From Octopus vulgaris (Eukaryota), in contig OX597829.1 in assembly GCA_951406725.2 (NCBI GenBank), positions 35,340,001-35,404,000 of the forward strand: 64,000 bases of DNA, given 5' to 3'. Below the pieces are notes generated by a model. That model searched no databases, had not been told where the DNA came from, and worked only from the letters and a program-made list of their open reading frames with translations. A program made the position numbers and the translations under genes. Within the stretch, counting starts at the first letter, position 1. Every line of letters begins with the position of its first letter. Positions 27,301-39,803 of the stretch are shown in pieces.

Positions 27301-27913
27301 GATTCTACCTACGATGACCAGCTTTACTTAATAGCAATAATTCAGACTTACCGTATACCTGTTACCGGAGAATACCAGTATATACTATAAAGATAATTTA
27401 TCAACTGATCTTATATCATTTATCAACTGATCTTATATCGATCAACTCTACCCTCACCTTGTGTCATTGTTTGAATACATACATGTCATAACAGGATCTG
27501 ATACCAGTTGTTTGCCTATACATATACTTTTATTCTATTATACTCATGTCTGCTCGATTGAAACACTGCCTACAACCAATCTTCAATAAGTAGCTAATAA
27601 CATCCTGACGTTTTAGTTATAGTTCGAATTTAAGTAGCAAGTCCGCCTGTGCACTATTTGTATGTACCAATTACCAGAAGTCATCAAATGCAATATTCCT
27701 TGAAATTTATATATATATATATATATAATTCAAGTAATATTGCGTCTGATAACGTCAGGTAATTGATACATACAAATAGTGTTCAACATGTTGCTCGCGT
27801 TTCATTGCAATAATTGTTTCACCAGCAATAAACGTTGCTGCCTAATCATTCTTCTTGCTAATTTTTATATAAACTCTACAGATATGCACGGATTTTCCAT
27901 ATGTATTTTCAGT

Positions 27914-27914
<1 letters not shown>

Positions 27915-28001
<87 letters not shown>

Positions 28002-28015
28002 ACACACACACACGC
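27915..28015. repeat. (CA)n microsatellite
   Basis: Direct reading. Confidence 0.97.
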
Positions 28016-28017
28016 AA

Positions 28018-28822
28018 ATAGCGTTAAATAGCTAGAAAATAAAATTTATAATTATAATAGAGGGCACACGAGGTGGGCGCCTACTTGCTAGAAAGAGGAG
28101 CTAAACCCTCAACTGAACTACCATATTACATTGAAATACACAACGGATCAACAAAAATCGGGCAAGCGAGTAAAGATTAACAAAATCATCACAGCTTAAA
28201 GCTGCACAATGAAGAATCGGATATACCTGGATCATGATTTCGAATTTTGGCTACAGCCTTAATTCTCCTCAGCAAGCGTCACCGTTGGAAAAACGAACTC
28301 GCTTTGTTTGAATCCGTGGCTTTGTGAATTGTCCCGCACCAAATTCATAACGACTTTAGTGTATAATATATATTTATAAGGAATAAATATTCAAACGAAT
28401 ATTCATATAAATATTTTTATTGTTATTACTATCAGCGGTAAATATAAATAATTGATAATAATAACAAAAGTATATGTGGTAGCAAGCAATAATGGTGTTA
28501 AAAAGCTAGAGAATAAAATTTATAATTATAACGAACGGCACATGGGGCGCCTACTTGCTAGAAAGAGGAGCTAAATACTCAACTAAACCACGGAATTACA
28601 CTGAAATATACAACGGATCAACAGAAATCCGGCAAGTGAGTAGGTGCCTCGTGTGCCCTCTATTGTAATTATAAATTTTAGTCTCTAGCTATTTACCGCT
28701 ATGATTGCTTGCTAGCGCCTACATTTTTGTTGTTATTATTCTCAATTATTTATATTTGCCGCTGATAGTAATAACAATAAAAATATCTATATGAATATTC
28801 GTTTGAATATTTACCCCTTATA
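28018..28822 (-). mobile_element. Non-autonomous hammerhead-carrying element (PLE pLTR/retrozyme-like) with direct repeat and inverted 5' arm
   Basis: Direct repeats 28018-28172 and ~28490-28642. 28646-28822 is the reverse complement of ~28375-28545. An intact hammerhead lies in the spacer. Confidence 0.8.
28226..28276 (-). ncRNA. Intact minimal type I hammerhead ribozyme
   Basis: Minus strand CUUG-CUGAGGA-GAAUU aa GGCU gu AGCC aa AAUUC-GAAA-U-CAUG-A-UC^CAGG: complete core, stems I and II paired, palindromic CAUG stem-III loop, AUC cleavage triplet. Confidence 0.8.
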
Positions 28823-30608
28823 TCTCTCTATATATAAAACTGAGAATGTGTGTCTGTCTGTGTGTCTGTCTGTCTGTGTGTTTCCCTAAAACTTGAGAAC
28901 TACACAACCAATTTCATTCAAATTTTACGCATGCCTTACTTAGGGTCCATGTAGTTTCATCGGCAAAAAATTTAAACTTTTTGCCTAGGGCGAGCCCACA
29001 GCAATATCATATCTTCTCCACTATGATTCCCTAAAACTTGAGAACTACACAACCAATTTCATTCAAATTTTACACATGCCTTACTTAGGGTCCATGTAAT
29101 TTCATGGGCAAGAAAAGAAAAGTGTTCAACTTCTTGCCTAGGGCGAGTCCATAGCAATATCATATCTTCTCCACTATTTCAGTATTACGTATTAAAAGTG
29201 AAACAAAAACATTTCTCTATTTTATGTCAGATACTTTCACTTTAACAATAAAAATTAGAGATAATAATCACAATTGAATAATACAGTTTTATATTAGTAA
29301 GTAATAATTAAAATCAAACTAAAGTATAATATAATAATTAAATCGTAACATAACAAAAGTAAAATTAGCAATTGGTATAAAATTGCATCAATGACTTGAA
29401 CTTGAATAAGTGGTTTCACATGAATGGGAATAAATCAAAAATAAAATTAGTGTGCAGAAATGGAATAGTCCAGATGGAGCTGTGCACATACCTTTTACCA
29501 CGGCTTTTACATTAGATTATCTGCTAATTAGCTAGCATTAAGTATATATATGAAGTTTGGCTGTATGTAATGTTTGTTTTCTCGAACAACCGCTTGTACT
29601 GAGTACTGCTGTTGGTTTATTTCTTATACATAAAGGACTATAGCTTCCACTGCGCACTGATTTTTGACTCACCGTAAGGTTTGTTGTTATTATTATTACT
29701 GTTTAACTATTGTTATCACGTTTGTTGGTTCCTCGAAAGAGAAACGTTGTTGTGTTGCATTTGTTAAATAATTGTAAACCGTAACCCTCTCCCTTTGGGA
29801 GAAGGAGCTTTGGTTATAGTTTAAAAATTGAATTGTGTCCCTGTTTGGGGAAATTGACAATATTTTCACCGTTTATACGGACGCTTTTTTGTTAAAATGC
29901 CTTCGATAGAAGAAAGTCCAAAAATGAATTTCGCTGCAGCCGTCGGCGGGTGCGAACTCATTAAAATTAAAATGGAAGAAATACAAACCTATTTCGGATT
30001 GATCATCGTCAAAGACGGTGAATCTAGGATAACACCACCAAACGAAATAAAAAATTAAATTAAAGAAAAGACTATTGTCTATAAAGTATACAATGTAGAG
30101 AAAAAAAGATTTGAACACCTGGAGGAAAGCACCATCGAAAAGTGTCTTGGTGCGACTATGAAAGATATCAAGTATCTAACCAGAGGCGATAAATTCGCCA
30201 CAATAGAATCAAGGTTCGAGTAAACGGAGCGTGCAAGGGAGTACTCGACTCGAACCTTGCAAAGTGGAAATATTTTATTTTTACCTTTATATCTGGGACG
30301 TAGGACGTCCCTGATAAAAATTAAAAATGTCCCCCCAGAAGTAGTGGTAGGCTGGATTGTAGCCACACTTCTATACAAGAGGGAGGACAAGATACAATTG
30401 ATCGAAATTGCAAGAGACGGGCCTACAATTCCAGTCTGTTATATATTTTGAGCATTGTTATCACTAGCGATATCAAGATATAACTTTGTATTTTGTATTT
30501 TATGTGTAGATGTATATATATAGATGTACGTGTAATATGTACACATATATATACACATATATACATGCACTAGCACTATGACCCGGCAACGACGGGTCAT
30601 AATGCTAG
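28823..30608 (+). mobile_element. Non-autonomous Helitron
   Basis: Starts A|TCTCTCTATATATAAAA followed by (GTCT)n. Ends with hairpin TATGACCCG-gcaacga-CGGGTCATA then ATGCTAG|T (AT target, no TSD). Internal ~145-bp tandem duplication at 28883-29175. Confidence 0.7.
29900..30430 (+). mobile_element. L1/Tx1 ORF1 fragment lying inside the Helitron boundaries
   Basis: KIKEKTIVYKVYNVEKKRFEHLEESTIEKCLG...LFLPLYLGRRTSLIKIKNVPPEV (RRM-like ORF1 pattern). Confidence 0.6.
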
Positions 30609-30669
30609 TATGTATATAAAGAATATGAGCGGTTTATGGCTATCGAAGTGTAATTAAATATATAGATGA

Positions 30670-31435
30670 TGTAAAACAATAGATACGCTGCGTAAGTGCT
30701 ATAATTGGTCATCCGTTAGGTTCCAAGTTCGCGGCTGAGGCTGGAGCTAGGTATCGGCAGTAGGCTTCCGAGTGAGCAGGTATATATTAAAGGAAAAGGC
30801 AAACAAAACCAAGGCAGGACGAATATTTCAGGTAATTTATAATATTTAATTAGAGTAAGGTGAATCAAAAATGGAGTAGAAGTAATTAATGTCTTACAGC
30901 TCTTTCTGGGATATCCAAGGTGATGTGTCAACATCTCCATAAACTATTCCATCATCGGAGACAAGGTGTGTATACAGGAAAGTTCCAGACTGAGAGTTTA
31001 CAGTATATAAAAGAATAAAACACTAGATAGAAAAATAAAGTTCACAGACCATCTTGTTCCAGAGGGTATGGAAGTTAGTCCGTATTTCCGTGAAGATATA
31101 GCCCCTGAAGTTTAATCCCAAGTAAATCCAGTCAGTATTTTAAATGTTGCATTGTGATCGAAGGAATAGATCAAGTGGTGAGCTTGTAAGAAAAAATGGT
31201 CCACGTGGCTGTATAATGTGAGAGAGACAGACAACATGATAGATAAATCATAGAGAAAGTGGGGTTGTGAGTGACTGAAAAGAAGAGAGAAAAGAAAGGA
31301 AGAGGACAAGTAATGGAAATAGAAAGAATGAGCAAAAGTAAAATAGAGATAAAGATAAAAGGTAAGAGGCCCTGTATTGTTCTTCGTCCAGGTAGGTCAG
31401 GGTTTAAGGTTTTGGTAAAGGGGAAGAAGAAGGCA
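30670..31435 (-). mobile_element. PLE 3' fragment (GIY-YIG C-terminus-like sequence plus pLTR hammerhead)
   Basis: Degenerate HF..HS..DLS...HLIYS pattern, hammerhead at 30890-30963, flanked by 37-bp direct repeats (30633-30669, 31436-31472). Confidence 0.6.
30890..30963 (-). ncRNA. Degenerate minimal type I hammerhead ribozyme
   Basis: UGUCU-CCGAUGA-uggaaua..gaug uugaca cauc..uauccca-GAAA-G-AGCU-GUA^AGACA; U4 to C change in the core and a mismatch at the base of stem III. Confidence 0.7.
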
Positions 31436-31799
31436 TTTATGGCTATCGAAGTATAATTAAATAGATAGATGAATTCTAGGCTCAGCGTGTTCAGAAAGAA
31501 TATTCAACTTCAGTCCAGTGGTCGGTAAAGAGAGTTAAACTGCTAGAAATAGACGTCTAACTTAAGGAAATATATTTGAAATTAAACGTTGAAAATTAAA
31601 ATTAAAAATATAACAAGTTAACAGTAACAATTAAAAAGATTATTGCAGCTAGCGAACTTCTAGGAACTTATGTCGGAGCAATAAGTATAGATGAAAGAAA
31701 AACGTACGTATATATGCTTGTTGATTTTGCTTGCATTTGGAAATGTAGAAGAACCTAAAAGTACTATACAACTTCGACCAGAAATGACCCGAACAAAGG

Positions 31800-32520
31800 G
31801 GACACTGTAATTTTAGGTCCATAACAAATTCAAAGCTAAAGATATTGGCCAAGGTGTTAGCAAAGAGGTTGGCGCAGGTCGTGGGCAACCTTGTCGAGGA
31901 GACGCAAACTTGCGCCATTTCCGGGAGGTCGATTCGCGACAATCGCCACCTCATATGTAACACCATAGAGAGGGTTGGTAAAATTACTGGCAAAGGTGGG
32001 GCACTGGTGCATTTAGACCAGTCTAAAGCTTTTGATTGAGTCGACCATGGGTACCTGCCGGCGGTTCTTGGGGTGGCCGGGCTGGGCCCGACTTTCGGAG
32101 GCTGGATCGCTGCCATGTACAGTAACATCGAGTCTGTCTTTCGAGTGAATGATTGCTTTTCGAAACTATTCGAAATAAAGCACTCTGTTCGCTAGGGATG
32201 TCTTCACTTTTGTATGTGCTGACTTTTGAGCCATTGTTGCGAAAGTTAGAGGCGATAGGGGACAACCCGCATGAGCTGAGTGGAGGGAAGACGGCGATCG
32301 CGTATGTGAATGACATCACCATCATTATGTCGGATGAAGGGCAGCTACCTTGAGTAGATAACGCCATCATAAGATATGAAACGGTGGCAGATGCAAGAAT
32401 TAATCAGGATAAGTCGGTCGGCTTGCAACTCGGCACCTGGGGGAGCATGCCCATGTCGTCCGATAACGTCGTGGGACATTGGACGGAAGGGCCTGTTAAG
32501 ATGCTAGGGATCTGGTTTGG
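31800..32520 (+). mobile_element. L1/Tx1-clade LINE RT fragment, decayed
   Basis: KILAKVLAKRL, QTCAISGRSIRDN, LDQSKAFD*VDH, LLYVLTFEPLL, AYVNDI (YADD site), RINQDKS and KMLGIWF. Confidence 0.9.
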
Positions 32521-35100
32521 AAACCGTGGAACTGCTTACAAAAAATTGTTGTGATATAAGTTCATTATTCAATATCAGAATGGAGTGTTGGAACTTAACA
32601 AAATATGAGGAAGATGATTTTATCATTTACGCTGGAATAGTCAATCGTATGTGCGAAGATTTCAAACTCCAGGATCTCACTTTGGATATGTTCAAATCAC
32701 TTATCTTTGTGCAAGTACTTATAGCACCTGAAGATATAGAAATTCTGGCAAGGATTCTTTTGAAAATGGAGCAAGTGAACCAAGATTTATCTTTACAGAC
32801 CATCGCAGAAGGATGTCATACAGTGGTAAATCTTAAAACTTGATGTGAAAAAAATACAAGATAAAGACTCTGAAAAAATTCAAATGTGTCCTTCCGGGAA
32901 GCACAATAAAAAAGGTGAGACTCCAATCTGTGTTATGTGGAGGCCTACACGAGAAAAAGAAATGTCCGTTTAAAAACAAATAATGCTATAGTTGTCAAAA
33001 GCTAGGACACAGTTCTCATTGTAGAGCAAGACTATGAAGCTCAAACACAAAAGTTCTAAGGAGAGTGATTGTGACGGAAAGACAAGAAAATTCGTGCATA
33101 AATGATGTAAATACCAAATTACAGTTAGACACAGGTAGCGACATCTCGATTATAAATGCAGATTCTTGAAAGGAAATTGGTAAACCGAGATTAAGTAAAA
33201 CAGCGAAAATAGCACATGGTGTAAGGGGCAATAAATTACACTTCATGGGCAAAACATGTATCGACGTCACATTTCAAGCAGAGACATGTGGAGCAAAATT
33301 ATTCGTTGTGGATAATACAATCAATCTGTTTAGCACAGGTTGATCAAAGCTATTCGATTTATGGCACCTCCCCCATAAATCTTTACTGCAGTAACATAAA
33401 TGATTGTCTTATTAAAAATAAGTCTTCTAGAGAACTGAAGAAAAAAAAAAAGATTCCGCATGTGCTATCAGGAGATTTAGGTTTCTGTAGAAAGATAGAA
33501 ACCTATTTCCAAGTAAGTGAAAATGCTGTATCTCTATTTAAAGCAAACAGAAAAGTACCGTTCGCGGAAACTGAAACGGTAAATGAAGAGTTGGGCAGAC
33601 GCGAAAAGAGTGGCGTCATCAAAAAAAAGGATTACTGGAAGTGGGTGGCACCCACGGTATGTAAAAAATAATAAGATTAAGGTGTGTGTCGATTTCTCTA
33701 CATGATTGAACGATTGCTTAAAAACATACCACTATCCACTCTCAACTGCAGGAGATATTTTTTTCAATGTTAAATGTTGGAATTTTTTCTCCATATTAGA
33801 TCTGTCTGAAACCTGTTTGCAGATAAAAGTAAATGAAAAATGATCGAATTATTCGACAATAGATACACACGATTAACTTTCGGATTAAAAGTGGCACCAG
33901 CAATATTCCAGCAAATTATGGAAACTATGTTATCTGATTGTAAAATTGCAATCCCGTACTTGGACGATATTTTGATCAAGAGTAATTCTTGTGTGCAGCA
34001 TGTGGAACATATAAAAGCTGTGTTTAAGAAAATTGAAGTTTTCAGGTTCGCTTTGAGTGAAGAAAAATTAGAATTCTTTCCTCCCCAAATTAAGTACTTA
34101 GGGCAAATAACTGACAAAAGTGGTAGACGCAATAAAGAATATACCTGCGCCGACAAATATTCCAACTTTACAAGTATTTCTTGGGCTGGCAAACTATTAT
34201 CAAAACATTCCTAATATTCACAAGTTAAGAGCTCCATTGAACGACTTATGAAGAAAGGAGTAAAGTGGAATTGGTCCACTAAATGCCAGAAAAAAAAATG
34301 CTAATATCAGACTTGTCGTTAGAACATTAGGATCCCGAAATGCACATCACTGTAGTATCTGATGCTTCCGAGCACGAATTAGGTGCAGTTCTACTTCATA
34401 AATACGAAGACTGACGTACAAAACCAGTTGTTCATGTTTCGCGCTCGCTAATAGCGACAGAGAAGAGATATAGTCAAATTGAAAAGGAGGCCCTAGCAAT
34501 TATTTTTGCACTTAAAAATCTTCACAGGTTTCTGCATGGCAGAAGTTTTTTTTTTATTGCGAACAGACCATAGACCTTTGCTGTCAATTTATGGGTCTAC
34601 AAATCGTTTACCGACTCATATTGCGAACAGCTTGCAGCTAAATTATAGTTTCAAAATGCAAAAAGCTGTAAGGGATGAGCATATTACAAAAATAAAAGAA
34701 GCTTTAAAAAATAAGGAGAATAAAAATTCAGATGCCAGTAGTTTTTCAATTTGCGACGATATTCTGATACACGCCCAAAGAGAGGTGGTTCTAACCTCAT
34801 TACAAAAGGTGTATTGCAACAATTTCACAGCGGATATCCCGATGAAGAGTTATGTCTACTGACTGTTTATGGATCGAGATATCGAAAACTCGGTGAGAAC
34901 ATGCCAAAGTTGCGCACTCGCGGCTAAAGCACTGCCGGTAAAATATCAATCATGGTCAGAGACGGAGAACCCATAGTCTAGGTTATACATTGACTATGCC
35001 AGGCCGATAAACGGCGCTTACTACCCAATCGTAGTAAATTGCGGTACTGAGTGGCCGGAAGCTTGCAGGTACTATTGACCAACCTGCACGACAACTACAA
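32521..35100 (+). mobile_element. Ty3/Gypsy (Mag-like) gag-pol internal region, decayed, no LTRs seen
   Basis: Gag with two zinc knuckles (CGGLH..C, CYSCQKLGH..HC), protease LDTGSD, RT LTFGLKVAPAIFQ / YLDD, RNase H DASE..GAV / YSQIEKEALAI / TDHRPL, integrase CQSC and SRLYIDYA. Confidence 0.92.
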
Positions 35101-35919
35101 AGTTGTCAAACCCATTCCGCGTCCGTTCCTTTTTTGTTTCACCTTCATTCGTAATTATATATTTGTTCATATCATTCGATAAGGCCCCGATCCCTTCTGT
35201 CCCTTGTATTGTCCCCGCTTTGTTTTACATCTGTGGTTCTAATAAAATCATCGTACTAGTTCCACAGTTTGTGTGTTGATCGTTCAAAGTTTATAGTTCG
35301 AGTTAGCATGTTGGATTGTTGGTTCTTAAAAGATTGTTGTTATGTTCCGCGTGGTTACTGCTGTTTGTTTCGATTTTATTGTTATTACACTGTTGCAGTG
35401 TATTCGTTTACCCATGAGGATATTACAATCCTGGTAGACGTTTTGATAGGAATGTTCCACTAATATACTTTGTGATACTTGTATATGCATTCAGTGACAG
35501 ACGGATTCTGTGTGTTAATTGTAGGATAGATTGGCTCTCGAATTGCATTGTATATTGTTCTAGCTATCATGTCATGCCGCTTTTTGAGGTAGTACGGTGA
35601 TGACATCTTGGAGCAGATGCTAATCACATGTGTAATATCTTCCCCAGAAATATGACGTGTATGTATGTATATATGTTTGTTTGTGTGTGCGCGTATGTTA
35701 TTTTAAGTCAAAGGGATATTGGGATGCATCTGTAGTCGGTTGGTACTCATTTACACACACACACACACACACACGCACATAGATGTAGATAGATGAATTC
35801 AATAGATACACTATTACTCACATGCATTCTTTTTATGTCAATTGTAATATTACACGGAATGAAGGTGGTAAGCTGTCAGAATTTACGTTCTGACTTTAAG
35901 TTCTAAATTCTTTTGCTAC

Positions 35920-36122
35920 TTTTGGCGCAAGGCCCGAAATTTTTGGAGAGTGGGGCCAGTCGATTAGACTCCAGTACGCAACTGGTACTTAATTTTCCGA
36001 CCCCGAAAGGATGAAAAGCAAAGTCGACCTCGGCGGAATTTGAATTCAGAACATAAAGACTGACGAAACACCGTTAAGCATTTCGTCCAGCGTGCTAACG
36101 TTTCTCCCAGCTCGTCGCCTTA
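35920..36122 (-). mobile_element. SINE (OK-like) nested in an opposite-orientation copy (~35862-35910 + 36125-36270)
   Basis: Well-preserved reverse-complement consensus; TTTA(A/C)GTTCTAAATT recurs on both sides. Confidence 0.8.
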
Positions 36123-38464
36123 CTTTACGTTCTAAATTAAAAAGCCATCGGGGTCGATTTTTGATGTTGTCCTCGATAAAATAAGCACCGTTTGAGCACT
36201 AAGGTCGTGTAATCGTCTTAACAACCCCCACGAAACTTCTGGTCTTGTGTCAAAATTTGAAGCCAATATTACCCAAAATGGTAAAATTCTGAAAAATTCT
36301 AAAATTCATTTCATGTTCTTTTCAAGTTGTTTTTAATTAGATTTAGAGAACGAGTTGAACTTCCGACGTTGATCTTGAAAGTATACATTTTTAAAGGTTG
36401 CTTTAAAATGAATTCAGAAAAGTTTCTCAAGTCATAACTTAAAATTGTTTTCCACTTCATTTGATAATATTTGATCTAACATCACATTTGTATGCTAATA
36501 TTTTTCATCTTGCATTAAAAATAATTAGTGTGAAAATGATTTTTCGATAAAGTAATACTTGTTAAAAGCTAACGAGATATTAGCATTAAAAAAAGAGAAT
36601 AATACTTCAAAGCATTGTGATTTTCTACTCCTATAAGAGTCAAGATAATCTAAATGAATTATCTGAAAATGGTAAATTTGCTAAATTAGTAAAAATTATT
36701 TAGTCTACTTGATATATAAACTTTTGCCTGTATACTCAATCAAGAAACCACAAGAGGAAGAGAATCATCAATCTCTGTAAACTAGGACAACTAAAAACAT
36801 ATCTTAAAGAATGTTTCACTCCATTAGGCTGTGGATGAAGAAATTAAAACCTTCCCCAAAGACCACATGATATGTACGTGAAGTAAAAAGTGACAATGAA
36901 TAAATATATAAATAAATGAGTATAATAAATATACATTATTACACGTGGAAGTAGATAAAACTTGAGAACAAAAATATCAAAAACTTTATTCATCAATAAA
37001 TCGACTGTTCTGGTTTATAAAGAAATCTTCAGGAAAATGATTACTAATTATCAATATTGTGAATTCTCTTGATATTCACTCCATTGAGTTGGTAAAAAAA
37101 CCAAACACCACAATAGAGAATCAATGTAGATATTCTGCTTTTTTTTCATTATATTCAGATAATCTAGAGAATAATTAAAAATCTAAGGGAATGTCATATA
37201 TTGGTAAAACTACAGTACTTATCAAAACCAATGTGTTGTAAGCAACTTAATGCTTATATTTATTGAATATGTAGCTAATGACTTCAGGGTTCAAACAAAA
37301 TAATAAAACTTTAAAATTATTCGTGTATCTTCTAAAGTGTTTTGCTGAGAAACATATTGTGCGGATCACCTGAGATTTTATTAACATGCCATGAATATAT
37401 TTATTGATACGGTATAACCTGAGACTATTGTAATTTAGTTGTTTCAAATCTATCTTGATTAATATGACCTGAGATTATTGTAATTTATTTGTTTCCAATC
37501 TATCTTGATCAACGTTAATAGGATTAAAACATCATTAGTAATTGCTCTCTTAACTTGGTTTACTTAGCTAAGGGTATAGTCTGAAAATTACCAACATTTT
37601 ATAAAACATATATTGGACTGGCTATAAAATGATACAAAGGAGATGTCATTAGCATAAATACTCTTTCTGAAATCTAGAAAGAAGAAATGTAACAGCACTA
37701 ACTAATCATATATAGCAACTCAATGATAGTAATATAAACTAAAGTCCTGTACCTTTAGAAAAACCAAATAATTATGCCAGTAATAATGTTATTTATGTTA
37801 AACTGAATCTTTGATGGAAAGGCTTTTACCTAGTGCTTCCTGCACAAAAGAAAATCAGGGCAAATCACAAGCGTGCAGTGATAAAGTCTATAGAGAAGTA
37901 AATACGAAAATCAAAGACTAACAAGTCTCTTTATAAATTATCGATTAAGTACCTTTTATATACTTAGGTGTCTCCTTTCTAATCAATGTTTTTCTAATTA
38001 TTTTAATTTGTCCATTATTTTAATTTTTTCTTCAGAAATGATTCTCCTAGCTTGTAGTGTCTTTATTTCTTTATAATGTCTAAATTCGCGATTACATTTA
38101 AAAATATATTTTGTTATTTAATCTCTCGAAGGAACAGACTTTTCTCGTATTTTTTTTTGTCCCCATATTACACATATTTGTCCCTCTAGATTTATTAAAA
38201 ATCTAAATTATAATGCGGAGTACGTTCTCTGAATTTTGTCTTGAAGCGTGTAACCTTAAAATGAAATATATAGTTAATCACACACACACACATATACACA
38301 CACATATACGCACACACACACACAAACACACACACACGCGCGTACACACACACACACACATCGAAATCTTAATTGTTATTTGAAACAACTTTTGTCAAAT
38401 ATATTTTTATTTAGCATTCTCTGTAGGTTATATCGAAATATTAACTAAATTTTGTATCTGGAGT

Positions 38465-38784
38465 GCAAGATTCTTTATGTGAATTCGTGTGTTGAAGTAA
38501 ATTTTATTGTGTCTGGGGAGAGTCATTCTGTTTTAATGCCTTATTAATTAGCACACACATCGGTTCGATTTCCGTTCATTTATTTTTTTTTCTAGAATTT
38601 CCGTCGATTCTTGTAACCTTCTCAATAGTTGTTGACTCTGTTCTAGAAGTGTTTGTTGCAGGTATTTCCCTAGAAGTGTTTCTTGTAGGTCAACAGCTAT
38701 TGAGAAGGTTGCAAGAAGCAACGAAAAAAATTCAAGAAGAAAAAATAAATGAGTGGAAATCGAAGTAGTGAGTGTGTTAATTAA
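38465..38784. mobile_element. Foldback repeat (same family as 7238-7420)
   Basis: ~38544-38636 is an imperfect reverse complement of ~38688-38784. Confidence 0.7.
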
Positions 38785-39691
38785 CTAGATTTATTAATCA
38801 TAATACATTTGTTTTAAAGGTTCAATGAAATGCTATTAAAAAACATCAGTACATGCTGGTGACTCCTATTGAGGCAGAAACATGTCTCCACGACCGTCCT
38901 CTCATCTCCAGATAATAAGCATGTTCTTAACCTTAATGGCATATCAGTTTTGGAGAAATTTGATTCTTGAAATTATCTCTTCTCTAGTGGAGCTGCTTTT
39001 AATTGCTTGCCATTTGATAATAATAATCCACCCTCTAGAGACGGAGGTAATTTTAAGAAAACATTTATGTTGTAAGGTATTAAATATACTTCCTATATAT
39101 GCTTATGTTATTCAAATACATACCAGTGGTCACTCTGAATGATTTCCCTTAGCTAAATCTTCCTTAACTTATGCAGATTACATGAGTTATAAATGGTTTC
39201 TAAATGTTTTTGTATTATTCTAAATACTTTCGCTGGTAGAGATAATGGTGGGCAATTGTGGCGATGACGCCTATGGAAGAAAAAATATGTACCACAACAG
39301 TCTTGTTATATCCAAACAATAAACCTGTCGTTTTCTTTTATGACATAATGTTTGGAGAATTCTTGATTGTGAAGATTATCTCCCCTTCTCATACGGAGCT
39401 GGTTTTAATTGACATTTGTTAAGTAGGATACATCCTCTAGAGGCCGAGATGACAATTACAAAAGTTCGTGACTAACATTTAATGCTGACATTACTTTTCA
39501 TCCTTTCGAGGTGGATAAAATGAGTACCAGTTGAGCACTGATTCGATATAATCAACCAACACCCTCCACGAAATTGTTGGCATTATGTCTAAAGTTTGAA
39601 ACCAATATTTAATACACCCGTGTTTGTTTCTGTGTATCTCTCTTCCCTCATTATATGTGTAGTTGTATGTATGCATGAATCTATCTGTATG

Positions 39692-39728
<37 letters not shown>

Positions 39729-39803
39729 TTGTATATGGTGTGCTGTGAATTTATGGAAAGAAATCCCTTAAAACTCAACAATTGGTGACAAAATGGTGAC
39801 GAC

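Noticed and set aside
38850-39480. Higher-complexity stretch that might be a decayed transposase or exon
   Set aside because: No recognisable motif in any frame; multiple stops
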